From Fidelibacterota bacterium (lineage in GTDB: Bacteria > Fidelibacterota > Marinisomatia > Marinisomatales > TCS55), in NCBI GenBank assembly GCA_046861385.1, contig JBHHTW010000005.1, positions 47,755-111,754 of the forward strand: a stretch of DNA of 64,000 nucleotides, in the 5' to 3' direction. Below are positions 47,327 to 58,197 of this stretch, in pieces. A program made the position numbers and the translations under genes. The notes below the pieces were generated by a model. The model did not search any database, was not told the origin of the DNA, and worked only from the letters and a program-made list of their open reading frames with translations. Every line of letters starts with the position of its first letter. The stretch's first letter is position 1.

Positions 47327-47713
47327 CTAATCTACTCTGTAAAACCCGATTTTAGAATGATATGTATAAATGCGATAATCTCCGGTAAATGTGATTTTAC
47401 TAATATTGAATTTGTAATCCGGAAGTGGTTTAACGAGATCTAATTTAATGATTTTTGATACAGTTCGATTGTTTTGTAAAGCAGGATCATTCGGCCCTAT
47501 GATGATCATCCTCTTTTCTGACAATAACCCATCCGTACTATTAGAAAAAAACAAAAATCCTTCGAGATGATTGATCTTTCGTCCTGATTCATTGTCGATT
47601 TGCACCACTATACTAACTGTATTTTCATCTATTAACCGGGGGCGAACATCGATCTTCAAGGATTGACCGGTCAGAAATCCTGCAACAATGATTAAGAAAC
47701 ACAGCTTTTTCAT
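47327..47713 (-). CDS. hypothetical exported protein
   Basis: ATG 47713, signal peptide MKKLCFLIIVAGFLTG, beta-rich body. Confidence 0.6.
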   Translation of the reverse strand: MKKLCFLIIVAGFLTGQSLKIDVRPRLIDENTVSIVVQIDNESGRKINHLEGFLFFSNSTDGLLSEKRMIIIGPNDPALQNNRTVSKIIKLDLVKPLPDYKFNISKITFTGDYRIYTYHSKIGFYRVD

Positions 47714-47777
47714 ACGTAAACTTCGGGAACGTTTTTGAAAGACAAAAGAAAAACTATGCAACAAATAAACTAATATT

Positions 47778-48872
47778 TTGTTCAATCTAAATCCGATGAA
47801 CCAAGATCAATTCCGACAAGCACTCGATAAATTAAATGATTCATTTTTATTGAAAAAGATTGGGCATTTTGACGGCACCTGGATTGCAAAGGGTCGATTA
47901 ATGTCCGGATCAAATATCAAAAATGTAAAACGCACATTAAACAAAGAACCATTTGATTACGATGTTTCCTCCGAGAATGGTGAAATAATTATTAAGAGTA
48001 AGGGAAAAACTGCAGTTATTCTGCGAATTCCAAAGATTTCAAGATTGCACATGGGTCTGTTTGCTGCGACAGTGTTTACTACACTCCTCGCCGGGGCCAT
48101 TATGGAAGGTGCGGATCTTGTTTCTCATCCGTTTGAAATCACAAGGGGAATTCCATTTTCATTTACACTATTATTGATTCTGGGATGCCATGAATTCGGG
48201 CATTACTATTATGCGGTGAAACATCATGTAGATGCAACGCTGCCGTATTTCATTCCAGCTCCGCCATTTTTATTCCTTATCGGGACCTTTGGTGCATTCA
48301 TTAAGATTAAATCACCCATTTATAAACGGGATGCGCTGCTTCAAATTGGCGCTGCAGGACCTATCGCCGGCTTTATTGTAGCTGTACCTGCACTGATCAT
48401 CGGATTATTATTATCAAATGTTGTGGATGTAAACACGGGGGAAGTAGGTATCGTATTGGGCGATTCTATTCTAATGAAAATACTGACCGGCATAATCTAT
48501 CCCGCTTTACCCCATGGAAAGGATATCCTCCTCCATCCTGTAGCATTCGCCGGATGGATTGGACTTCTTGTGACTATGTTGAATTTATTGCCGATTGGAC
48601 AATTAGACGGTGGGCATATAGCCTACGCTATTCTTGGAAGGAAACATAATTTAGTGGCAAAAATAGCATTCCTGTCTCTCATTCCACTCAGTTTTCTGTC
48701 ACCCAATTGGCTGGTTTGGGGAATCCTGATTCTGGTTATTATGCGCACAACAAAACATCCTCCTGTCCAGGATATTTTATCACCTCTATCTAAAGAGAAT
48801 AGAATCATAGGATACATTTGCCTGGCCATATTCATTCTCTGTTTTATTCCGGCGCCGTTTCAAGTTCCATAA
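47778..48872 (+). CDS. site-2 protease (M50 zinc metalloprotease)
   Basis: HEFGH, GTFGAFI, AGPIAG, NLLPIGQLDGGH. Confidence 0.93.
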   Translation: MFNLNPMNQDQFRQALDKLNDSFLLKKIGHFDGTWIAKGRLMSGSNIKNVKRTLNKEPFDYDVSSENGEIIIKSKGKTAVILRIPKISRLHMGLFAATVFTTLLAGAIMEGADLVSHPFEITRGIPFSFTLLLILGCHEFGHYYYAVKHHVDATLPYFIPAPPFLFLIGTFGAFIKIKSPIYKRDALLQIGAAGPIAGFIVAVPALIIGLLLSNVVDVNTGEVGIVLGDSILMKILTGIIYPALPHGKDILLHPVAFAGWIGLLVTMLNLLPIGQLDGGHIAYAILGRKHNLVAKIAFLSLIPLSFLSPNWLVWGILILVIMRTTKHPPVQDILSPLSKENRIIGYICLAIFILCFIPAPFQVP

Positions 48873-51211
48873 TGAAAAAATTATATCTATTTTTCCTCTT
48901 AAATACTCTATTTAGCCAAGTTCGGGTTGGAGAATGGGATATTTTTACTTCCCCCTTAGAAATTACCGATTTGATCGAAATGGACTCATTACTGGTTTGT
49001 GCAACAAACGGAGGAATACTGATATATGATCGCGAGAAGGATTCATTTGATACAATAACCAAATTGGATGGATTATTGAATACACAGTTAGATGTGATTT
49101 CAATAGACCCTTACAATCACCTATGGGTTGGAGGTTCGTCCCCAAACGGATTTATTCAAATATTAGATGAATCACATTCTGTCCAAAAAACATTCGATAT
49201 GGATTTGACAGAAATTATCGGTTTTGCCATTACGGACTCCATCGCATTCGGTGCATATTTACAAAACCAAGATTGGGGAATCATGGAATTTCGCCATGAT
49301 GGTGAACAATACTTTTATAAAGATGTCTATAAAAATTGGCCTGTCACCCTAAACCACATAACAGGAATTGTATTAGATGATAAGAAACTTTATATTGGAA
49401 CAGATCAGGGTTTGTATATTGGAGACTGGAAAAATACAAATTTAAAGAACCCTTCAAATTGGGTGTTACATAGTGGTCTCACGGGTAATATTACAGTGGT
49501 TCGACCTTACAGTGATCACATTCTCATGGTCATCGACAAGGATATATATTCGATTGATTTAAATACAAATGCAGTTGAGAAAAAGTGGAATTATTACCAT
49601 GATTCGTATTTATTAATCGATATTATACTCGATAAGGATGATACATTGTGGGGAATTAGAACAAAAACATTTATAAAAATGAATTCGTCTTCAGTCGATT
49701 GGAGCCAAAGGCCGGGTGAAACACTTAAAAGAATTTTTTCATTGATGGACGGCAGTATTGTGATGGGAACGACGACTGGATTACTTTTTTGGGATGAAAT
49801 AAGCCAATCGTTTATGAGGCAAAAACCCAATGCTTTGTCCACAAATGAAATATCAGCTATCCATGTTTTGAGTGATGGCCGGGTTATTGCCGGTTCCCGA
49901 AGAGGTTTAATGGTGAAAGAATCGGGAGGATGGCGGAATATTGTTGGAATAGATGGCGATGACTTGATCATCCACGATGTGAAGGATTATACTAAATTTG
50001 TTGCAGACACCATCCCGGTTCATTTTGGAAATTATATAGCAGAAATTGAAGAAGGTAACGATGGGTTGGTATATTGCGGTATTCGCGGTACATACCCCGA
50101 ACCTCGCCGTCATGGAGGGGGCATTCTTGTCATTGATATTGATGATCCGGCAAATTTCACGCTCATTGATACCAGCCACTTGGATTCTTTTCAGGATGAA
50201 TACATGATTGTGAAAGACATTGTAAAGGATCCACTTGGAAATCTTTGGATTGCTGATACGTATGCAACGAATAACTTCGAACCATTGAAACTGTTAAAAC
50301 CGGATGGTACCTGGGGAACCTATTCCGTTAAGGAGTCTGGAAATGCGTTGAGTCTCACACCAAATACGATTGGTTTTGATTCTTGGGGAAGAGTGTGGAT
50401 TGGATCATTTGAGGATAATAACAATGTCAGTGGTGCAAAAAACGGCGGTGTTGCCATGTTGGATTATTCTGGAGATCCTGCCGATCCTGACGAGACTGAG
50501 TGGAATAATGTCCGCGTAAATTCAGATGGCTCAACCAATACCGTTTGGTCATTAGGGATAAATCAAAACAATATTTTGTACTTACTATCACCGGTTGGAT
50601 TATCTGCTTTAACGCTGCAATTTTCGAACACTAACCCGGTCCAACAATATAGCTTTACATACTACCCAAATATATCATTTAGTGCCGGCTCGAAATTGCA
50701 AATTGATCCAAGAGATAACATTTGGGTGAGCTCACCTTCTGAAGGTGTTCATATTTTGACAGCATCCGCAACTTACTGGCCCGACATAAATGGATTGACC
50801 GAAGACAACAGTTTTTTACTTTCCAATTCAGTTTCTTCCGTTGCATTTGATGTTAAAAAAGGATTGGCTTATATCGGAACCAATAGTGGAATTAATGTTT
50901 TAAAAATACCTTTTGCAGAGAAGAATAAAACCTATTCATCAATTGGAGTTTTTCCCAGCCCGTTCCATGTGCCAAGTGATATTCTGTTAACCATTGATGG
51001 ATTAATGGATAATTCATCCTGTAAAATAATGACTCTGACCGGCAGAGTATTGAAGACGGTTAAATCCAGGTCTGAAGTGGAAGGGTTTCAGGCTTTCTGG
51101 GATGGAAGAGATGAATCAGGAAGCTGGGTAGGAACGGGTGTTTATCTTATTGGGGCTTATGACGAAAATGGGTCGTCTACAGTTACAAAAATTGCAGTCA
51201 TTCGCCGCTAA
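48872..51211 (+). CDS. PorZ-like beta-propeller protein with C-terminal sorting-type domain
   Basis: Signal peptide, VGEW..F start, repeated D..G.LW propeller blades, YIGT..G, VFPSPF...WDGRD..G..V.TGVYL...KIAVIR. Confidence 0.72.
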   Translation: MKKLYLFFLLNTLFSQVRVGEWDIFTSPLEITDLIEMDSLLVCATNGGILIYDREKDSFDTITKLDGLLNTQLDVISIDPYNHLWVGGSSPNGFIQILDESHSVQKTFDMDLTEIIGFAITDSIAFGAYLQNQDWGIMEFRHDGEQYFYKDVYKNWPVTLNHITGIVLDDKKLYIGTDQGLYIGDWKNTNLKNPSNWVLHSGLTGNITVVRPYSDHILMVIDKDIYSIDLNTNAVEKKWNYYHDSYLLIDIILDKDDTLWGIRTKTFIKMNSSSVDWSQRPGETLKRIFSLMDGSIVMGTTTGLLFWDEISQSFMRQKPNALSTNEISAIHVLSDGRVIAGSRRGLMVKESGGWRNIVGIDGDDLIIHDVKDYTKFVADTIPVHFGNYIAEIEEGNDGLVYCGIRGTYPEPRRHGGGILVIDIDDPANFTLIDTSHLDSFQDEYMIVKDIVKDPLGNLWIADTYATNNFEPLKLLKPDGTWGTYSVKESGNALSLTPNTIGFDSWGRVWIGSFEDNNNVSGAKNGGVAMLDYSGDPADPDETEWNNVRVNSDGSTNTVWSLGINQNNILYLLSPVGLSALTLQFSNTNPVQQYSFTYYPNISFSAGSKLQIDPRDNIWVSSPSEGVHILTASATYWPDINGLTEDNSFLLSNSVSSVAFDVKKGLAYIGTNSGINVLKIPFAEKNKTYSSIGVFPSPFHVPSDILLTIDGLMDNSSCKIMTLTGRVLKTVKSRSEVEGFQAFWDGRDESGSWVGTGVYLIGAYDENGSSTVTKIAVIRR

Positions 51212-51421
51212 ATGGTCGTCAAAACTGTAAAAAACACTGTCAAAGTAGTTATCGGCGTCATCCTGGTTGTCATTGGGATCATTGGTGGTTTTATACCCGT
51301 TTTCCAAGGATGGATCTTTGGAATACCAGGTTTACTTTTATTGAGTTCTGTTTTTCCGCCGCTACGAAAATGGGTAGAGCATATAAAGGAAAAAATTAAG
51401 AATAAAAAAACGACAGTTTAA
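51212..51421 (+). CDS. small membrane protein (PGPGW-like)
   Basis: G..L...GIIG..IPVFQGW pattern. Confidence 0.65.
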   Translation: MVVKTVKNTVKVVIGVILVVIGIIGGFIPVFQGWIFGIPGLLLLSSVFPPLRKWVEHIKEKIKNKKTTV

Positions 51422-51479
51422 ATTATTACCAGCTATTTTCAGTGTAAATATTGATATTTTGAAAATGGATTATATTATA

Positions 51480-52538
51480 TTAACGCTCGACGTATTCAGG
51501 TTTTAATCCGAATTCTAATTCCAATTCCTCCGCAATATTCTTGATCATTATTTTTCGTTTATCATGGTGCATAAATGCACTTTTCATGGCAAAAATAGTT
51601 ATTTCTCTAAAGTCATGCAGCCTGAAGCCGAATAGTTTTCTAGATAAATAAAATTCATCCGTCAACGTTGTCCCGGACATGAGCCGGTTATCTGTATTTA
51701 ATGTGACTCGAATTCCCTGATTATAATAATATTTGATTGGGTGGTATTTCAAGGAACGGATCGATTTCGTTTGCCAGTTGGACGTGAGACAGATTTCCAG
51801 GGGAATTCGATGATCAATGACGTAATTCATTAAATCTTTATCCTCTTTTAATCGTGTACCATGTCCAATTCGATGTGCACCGCAATAATGAATTGCCTGA
51901 TGAATTGATGACGGTCCGAATGCTTCACCAGCGTGGATGGTAGCGTTAATATTATGATTTAGTATCATATAGAATGCTTCCCGATGATCTTTTGCAGGGA
52001 AATTTTCCTCAGCACCGGCGAGGTCAAAACCCACAACGCCTTTATTCTTATATTGAACCGTTAAGTCGGCAAGTTTTAGTGAAACTTCCGCCGAAATATT
52101 TCGGATCCCGCATACGATAATACCTGACTTTACACCAAAATCATTTTCGCCTCTTTTGAGTCCAGCCCGGACGGCATCGATAGAATCAGCGGGTGTCATG
52201 TCGTATTGATTATGGAGAATAGGAGAATACCGTATTTCGATATAACGGACATTTTCTTTTGATACATCTTCAATCAATTCATAGGCGCATCTCTCCAGAT
52301 TCTCTGGTGTCTGCATGACGCTCAACGTTATGTCAAACCTCGCCAGATAGTCCTCCAATGATCCTCTGGTTTTGCCTAAAACAAGTATTCTTTTCAGGTC
52401 ATCCTTATTTGATGCAGGAAGGGTAATATTATCTTTATTAGCCAAATCCATAATCGTTTCGAGGCGAAGACTTCCATCAAGATGACAATGGAGCTCGACT
52501 TTTGGGAGCCTTTGAAGGAGTGACTTGGTTATTCTCAT
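51480..52538 (-). CDS. add: adenosine deaminase
   Basis: PKVELHCHLDGS, GFDLAGAE, TIHAGE, RIGHG, EICLTSN, NTDN. Confidence 0.92.
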   Translation of the reverse strand: MRITKSLLQRLPKVELHCHLDGSLRLETIMDLANKDNITLPASNKDDLKRILVLGKTRGSLEDYLARFDITLSVMQTPENLERCAYELIEDVSKENVRYIEIRYSPILHNQYDMTPADSIDAVRAGLKRGENDFGVKSGIIVCGIRNISAEVSLKLADLTVQYKNKGVVGFDLAGAEENFPAKDHREAFYMILNHNINATIHAGEAFGPSSIHQAIHYCGAHRIGHGTRLKEDKDLMNYVIDHRIPLEICLTSNWQTKSIRSLKYHPIKYYYNQGIRVTLNTDNRLMSGTTLTDEFYLSRKLFGFRLHDFREITIFAMKSAFMHHDKRKIMIKNIAEELELEFGLKPEYVER

Positions 52539-54403
52539 TTTTTAATCACTGTTTTATATAGCCAGAAAATTATACCCACAAATGCTACCGGGCCCAGTAT
52601 TTCGAAACCTTGAATGGCAGGCCACCAATCTTTATCACCGGTGATGAAAATCGGTACGGCAACCAGAATTCCCATAAGCGCTTCACCAGTGATAAGTCCA
52701 CTGGCTAATAATAACCCTTTCTTCTCGGACGCTTTTGAACCACCGGCTAGTTTACCGAAATGATTGATCATACCACCAATAAAGATAGGTACAGTTAATT
52801 CGATGGGTAGATAAATACCGACTGCGACTGCCAAAACGGGAATGCGAAAGTCCGATCCACGCTTTTCCTGGCGGATATCCAATAAAATAATAACAATCGC
52901 GATGACAGCACCAATATATACAAAGTTCCAGGGAAGATTACCGGAAAAGACTCCATCGGCGACGGACTTCATAAGGGTTGCCTGGGGTGCTGAAAGTGTG
53001 GGCGAACCAATTGTATACGCGGTATGCAAAATATCCAACACAAGTCCCAAAACCACTGCAGCGCTGATAGTCCCGATGACTTGCATAATCTGCTGTTTCC
53101 AAGGTGTAGCACCAACAATATAACCCGTTTTGAGATCCTGCATATTATCTCCGCCAATGGCAGCTGCACAGCACACAACTGCTCCAACCATTATGGCTCC
53201 GGCAGCGCCAACTCCTGAATCAGAACCTAGCAATGCCAGCAGTAATAATGAAGAAAAGAGAATGGTTGCAATCGTGACACCGGAAATAGGATTATTAGAC
53301 GATCCAACCACACCGGCCATATAAGCAGCGACGGCGGAAAAGAAAAAGCCAAAGATAGCCATAACAATGGTAAGCAATGCTGCAATACCAGCTGTTTTAA
53401 GAATCCCAATGTATAATAAGAAAACGGGAATTAGCATGAACAGCAATACGAGACCAACATAAGTGATGGGAATATCTTTTTCTTCTCTAGGCACATCACC
53501 ACCGCTGTTGGCATGTTTAACCGCATCCAGGCTGGCTTTAATACCTAGAATCAGTGGTTTGAATAATTTAATAAGCGACCAAATACCACCGATCACCATA
53601 GCTCCGACACCCATGTAACGAATTTTTGAATTCCAAATCGTCCAAGCAGCATCCATTGGTTCACCTTCAAAACCGACAATGGCAGAATAGATGGGGATTG
53701 CAACTGCCCAGGAAATGAGTCCACCGGCCACCACAAGGATACCAATATTTCTACCAACTATGTATCCAACAGAAATCAGTGCAGGGGACAGGTTTGTTCC
53801 CAGTCCAAATATGGAATTTCCAAAGGTAGCTGCTCCTTCCATAACGGCATGCCACATGGTAAATCCCTGTTCGGCTATTTTCATTGCTCCCCCAGCCAGT
53901 CCGGCATAGGCAATCGTTATGAGACCCCTCTTGGCATTTGCATCTTCACTGGATCGAGCTTCGTCTCCGGCTTTCAGGACTTCTGCCGTGGCTATTCCTT
54001 CAGGATATTGCAATTTGGCCGCCACGATCAGCGCTCTGCGTAGTGGAACAGTAAACATGACACCAATTGTACCGCCGATGGCAGCTATTTTTGCCACTTC
54101 CATATAATCAAATGTTTGCCAGTAACCTAACAAAACCAGTGCCGGAATTGTAAAAATTACCCCAGCCGCTAAAGATTCTCCTGCGGAAGCGGCGGTTTGA
54201 ACAATGTTATTCTCTAATATATTTGATTTTCTAAATAAAGATAAAACGCCCATAGATATAACGGCTGCCGGTATGGATGCAGACACCGTCATCCCCGCAA
54301 ATAATCCTAAATATGCATTGGCTCCGGCGAGGATCATGGATAGGACGACACCCAACAAAAGTGCTTTGATCGTAATTTCTGGCAGTGGTTTGTGGTTAGA
54401 CAT
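52535..54403 (-). CDS. OPT family oligopeptide transporter
   Basis: NAYLGL.AG.TVSASIPAAV, ENNIVQT.ASAGE, YPEG.A.AEVL, SNNPISG, MQDLKTG, APQATLM. Confidence 0.93.
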   Translation of the reverse strand: MSNHKPLPEITIKALLLGVVLSMILAGANAYLGLFAGMTVSASIPAAVISMGVLSLFRKSNILENNIVQTAASAGESLAAGVIFTIPALVLLGYWQTFDYMEVAKIAAIGGTIGVMFTVPLRRALIVAAKLQYPEGIATAEVLKAGDEARSSEDANAKRGLITIAYAGLAGGAMKIAEQGFTMWHAVMEGAATFGNSIFGLGTNLSPALISVGYIVGRNIGILVVAGGLISWAVAIPIYSAIVGFEGEPMDAAWTIWNSKIRYMGVGAMVIGGIWSLIKLFKPLILGIKASLDAVKHANSGGDVPREEKDIPITYVGLVLLFMLIPVFLLYIGILKTAGIAALLTIVMAIFGFFFSAVAAYMAGVVGSSNNPISGVTIATILFSSLLLLALLGSDSGVGAAGAIMVGAVVCCAAAIGGDNMQDLKTGYIVGATPWKQQIMQVIGTISAAVVLGLVLDILHTAYTIGSPTLSAPQATLMKSVADGVFSGNLPWNFVYIGAVIAIVIILLDIRQEKRGSDFRIPVLAVAVGIYLPIELTVPIFIGGMINHFGKLAGGSKASEKKGLLLASGLITGEALMGILVAVPIFITGDKDWWPAIQGFEILGPVAFVGIIFWLYKTVIKK

Positions 54404-54464
54404 CTGGATTCCTTGATTTATTATCGTATAAGATAGACAGGAATCTTATTGTCCGGCAATATAT

Positions 54465-54574
54465 TGGTGAGCGGTGAGGGGTAACTGGTGGAGCGGTAAC
54501 TGATGAGCGATAATATAATGGAAAATGTATGATGGAAGATGTATGATGTATGATGGAAGATGGCAGATGTACAA
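54465..54574 (+). repeat. two blocks of degenerate heptamer tandem repeats
   Basis: TGGTGAG/CGGTGAG/GGGTAAC... (54465-54513) and TGGAAAA-TGTATGA-TGGAAGA-TGTATGA-TGTATGA-TGGAAGA-TGGCAGA-TGTACAA (54519-54574). Confidence 0.75.
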
Positions 54575-54827
54575 TTGCCTGGTTTTCATAAGCTTGCACG
54601 AATGATTGAGCGAGGTCAGTTGAAAAAATCTCTCATTTATGAGATGGACTTTGCTCATGAATTCCCTCTTGTGAAAGGGGGAAAGGGTGATATATCAAAA
54701 ATAGAAAAAGTACAACATGGACTTGTTATAATATGAAGGACGTTGCAAAAAGTCATTTATCCAATCAATCAACCAATCATCCAAATGTTCTATCATTGTT
54801 TCGAGAATTGGCTTAATTTAATAAACA

Positions 54828-54912
54828 TCGAACGGGGTGCTATTCCGACTTAGATGGAATTGCTGAGATAACACCCTAAAACCTGATCTGGATAATGCCA
54901 GCGTAGGAAAAA
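54828..54912 (+). ncRNA. TPP riboswitch
   Basis: GGGGTGC...TGCTGAGA..ACACCC..AACCTGATCTGGATAATGCCAGCGTAGGAA consensus directly before the TonB receptor ATG. Confidence 0.95.
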
Positions 54913-54914
54913 CA

Positions 54915-57272
54915 ATGAGACACATTACCTACCTTACACTTTTTCTTTTTTCATCTGCATTGATATACTCTCAAGTCAATGGATTAGTTGTCAATGCCAA
55001 AACCAACCAACCCATTGTTGGTGTAAACATAACCGGTGAATCTTCAGGAACATCAACAGATGAACTCGGTCGATTTTTCATCGATGTACCGGAGGAGGAG
55101 GAACTGACCATTTCCCATATCGGTTATGAAAAAGTAATCGTAGCTGCTAAGGACGGTATGGAAATCAGACTAAATGCGATTGTTTTAAAAAGTAATGAAA
55201 TTATAGTTAAGGCTGGATTAACAGAAGAAACATTGCAGAGGTCGACATCCAGTGTGACGGTATTTAATACAATCTCCATAAAACAAACAGATGGGAATCA
55301 TTTCCAAGATGTGATGGAAACAATTCCAAACTTAAATGCAGCTGGGGGAACCAGCCGCCCTCGCTACTTTCAAATACGCGGAATTGGAGAGCGAAGCCAT
55401 TATTTTTCGGAAGGACCGCCTAATTTTTCTGTCGGTTTTGTATTGGATGATATCGATTTGAGCGGAATGGGCATGGCTGGACTTCTTTATGATTTGGAAC
55501 AAATTGAAGTTTTTAAGGGACCTCAATCATCCATTTTTGGCCCAAACGCCCTGGCAGGTTTGATTAGCATGAGATCCACCGATCCGGGTGATGCTTTTAC
55601 TGCTCATATAAAACTAACGGGCGGTACAGACAATATTCAAAGATTGAACGGAATGGTAAATATACCCTTGGGAAATACCTTTGCATTCAGGGTGGCTGTT
55701 GAATCCGGGACGGGTGATGGTTTCCGAGAGAACAAATATATGAATAAAACAAATACAAACGGACGGAGGGAAAATATCATTCGGGAAAAATTACTTTTTC
55801 AACCTACCGGGAATTTTAAAGCAATTTTGACTGCATTCCGGGCTGTCCTTGATAATAAATATGATGCATGGGCGCCGGATAACAATAAAGATTTGTTTAC
55901 ATATACCAATCAGCAAGGTTGGGATAAACAGGAAACCAGTGCATTTTCATTCCGAACAAATTATAACGTCCATAACCTGAACGCATCGTTCATTACTTCA
56001 CAATCGGTGACCGACCTGATTCACGCCTACGACGGTGATTGGGGAAATAATGATTACTGGCTCCAGGAACCATATCGTTTTGATCCCAATGTGACTTATT
56101 GGAATTATGAATTTTTTGACAGTACTGCACGGAATCGCACCAATCAAACCATTGAAGGGCGGATAAACTATGGTGATATAGTCGTTGGGTATTATTCTAA
56201 GACATTGGAAGAAAAAGACGATGCTATCGGTTATCTATTTGGCGGTGACGCCACCCTGGGAGCCAGTGAGTTTGATTTCCGTATTTCTGCCGTTTACGGA
56301 CAGATAAATCTTTCAGTTTCAGATCAATTCAAATTCCTCGCCAATATTCGAAAAGAGGGTAATAGAATTAACTACTTTGGCACAGCAAGTAATTTTGACT
56401 GGGAATTAAATGACTACGTACCCTTAGATACGATTTCATTTGATGTTGAACATGATCTTTGGGGTGGAAAGCTGGCTCTGCAGTATTTTGTGAATAATGA
56501 CTTGAATATCTATGGAAGTATATCAAGAGGATATAAGGCAGGCGGTGTGAATCAGCATCCGTATTTGGCCGCTAAAAACCGTCCCTATGATCCGGAATAT
56601 ATGGTGAATTATGAAACAGGGTTGCGATATTACGCCGACAAATCAAATTTCCATCTGACACTGTTTTTTGCCAACCGGCAAAACCAGCAGGTTTCAATTT
56701 CCAGTCAGCAGCAGGAGGGAGATCCGAACAGCTTTGTATATTATACTGCAAATGCCACCACCGGATGGTTAAGCGGACTTGAAGTAGATGGGAGTTATCA
56801 ACTTAATTCAACACTGACATTATCCGGGTCGTTGGGTATACTGAACACACACGTGGATGCGTTTACATTTGAATCAGATTCCGGTATGACTGCTATTTTA
56901 GGAGACCGCGCTGCAGCTCATGCTCCAAAATATTCATTCAGTACTGCAGTGGACTATGGGAAAGACACTGGACTTTTTGGAAGACTGGAAATGACCGGAA
57001 AAGATAAATTTTATTATTCTGATAGTCATGATGAAATCGCTGAACCCTATCAATTACTGAATGGTTATTTTGGTTATAATTTTGGAGATTGGTCCATCAA
57101 AATCTGGGGTAGGAATATCCTGGATACCCGATATACAACTCGTGGTTTTTATTTTGGGTTAGAACCTATTTGGAACGAGGAACTTCAGGACCATGAATAT
57201 CCAGATAGAAAATACGTTAGCTACGGAGATCCGGCCCACTATGGATTGACAGTGGATTATGAATTTAAATGA
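54915..57272 (+). CDS. TonB-dependent receptor, probably thiamine or precursor uptake
   Basis: Signal peptide, N-terminal carboxypeptidase-regulatory-like domain, plug (IRGIG...IEVFKGPQSSIFG.NA.AG.I), C-terminal YGLTVDYEF; TPP riboswitch. Confidence 0.9.
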   Translation: MRHITYLTLFLFSSALIYSQVNGLVVNAKTNQPIVGVNITGESSGTSTDELGRFFIDVPEEEELTISHIGYEKVIVAAKDGMEIRLNAIVLKSNEIIVKAGLTEETLQRSTSSVTVFNTISIKQTDGNHFQDVMETIPNLNAAGGTSRPRYFQIRGIGERSHYFSEGPPNFSVGFVLDDIDLSGMGMAGLLYDLEQIEVFKGPQSSIFGPNALAGLISMRSTDPGDAFTAHIKLTGGTDNIQRLNGMVNIPLGNTFAFRVAVESGTGDGFRENKYMNKTNTNGRRENIIREKLLFQPTGNFKAILTAFRAVLDNKYDAWAPDNNKDLFTYTNQQGWDKQETSAFSFRTNYNVHNLNASFITSQSVTDLIHAYDGDWGNNDYWLQEPYRFDPNVTYWNYEFFDSTARNRTNQTIEGRINYGDIVVGYYSKTLEEKDDAIGYLFGGDATLGASEFDFRISAVYGQINLSVSDQFKFLANIRKEGNRINYFGTASNFDWELNDYVPLDTISFDVEHDLWGGKLALQYFVNNDLNIYGSISRGYKAGGVNQHPYLAAKNRPYDPEYMVNYETGLRYYADKSNFHLTLFFANRQNQQVSISSQQQEGDPNSFVYYTANATTGWLSGLEVDGSYQLNSTLTLSGSLGILNTHVDAFTFESDSGMTAILGDRAAAHAPKYSFSTAVDYGKDTGLFGRLEMTGKDKFYYSDSHDEIAEPYQLLNGYFGYNFGDWSIKIWGRNILDTRYTTRGFYFGLEPIWNEELQDHEYPDRKYVSYGDPAHYGLTVDYEFK

Positions 57273-57439
57273 TGAAATATCTTTTCTATGAAAATAGTCC
57301 AGCTAATTAAAAAGACGCAAACTATGGTGAAATTTTTTTCAGAGCAGAAATTTAGTTATATTTTCTTTTAAAACCTGAAAATCAAATTTCTCATATTTGA
57401 CCATCACATGGGATTGTATCCGAGTGCTAAATGTTTTTC

Positions 57440-58102
57440 TCATTCTGACTGAGTATGAAGACCGGTTCCAAACAAGTCATGGGGTGGCACTTCGAAACTC
57501 TCCTGAAACACATTAACCAATGCAATTACATATAAAATAAAACCCAGAACAATGAGCATCTGGACTTTGGATGTTTTCTGAATATCTTGTTTTGAGTTTA
57601 CGTCACACACTTCGCCTGGGCAGTGTTGTGCTTTTTCCTTATATATGAGCGAATAAACTTTGCATCCAATACAAATGCCAAATGCTGCTTCAAAAAATAG
57701 AAAAATAAGGCATATGAAGCAGATCAAACCTGTAATGGGACTATAAGAGTTAACAATGACAAGAAGGACAAGCATAGTTGTTGCCAGAACCACTCCGATT
57801 ATCCAGGCAAACTTTTTTTGTTGAGCCCCAACATATTCCGGTACTTGATTCCGAACGATTAATCGTCCAATTATTAATGAAGGTGCATATTTTGGATTAA
57901 TAAAAACGCGTATTAAAATATCCGTTAGGAAAATAACAGTAGCATATTTCAGTGGTGTAAAATTCCCATCAGACGCTGCTTATTTGATGGTTATAAACAT
58001 CAGTAAAAAGAGTAAACCGGCCGCTGCTCTTATTTCTCGTTCATTTAGTACCGGTATATTATATCCTTCGACCTTTTCTCCAAATTGTACAATCTTTTTC
58101 AT
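57440..58102 (-). pseudogene. DUF4395-like membrane protein interrupted by in-frame TAA (57980-57982)
   Basis: MKKIVQFGEKVEGYNIPVLNEREIRAAAG...ITIK*AASDG...PEYVGAQQKKFAW...FEAAFGICIGC in one continuous frame. Confidence 0.75.
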
Positions 58103-58197
58103 CTTCGATCCCTATTATTTTTTGTTTATTGAATAGTAAGTGTCATATTTTTACATGAGAAATTAAAATGTAAATAACATACGATTATATTAATGTA

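Noticed and set aside
54465-54574. Possible CRISPR array
   Set aside because: Units are 7 nt and contiguous with no unique spacers; no cas genes in the window.
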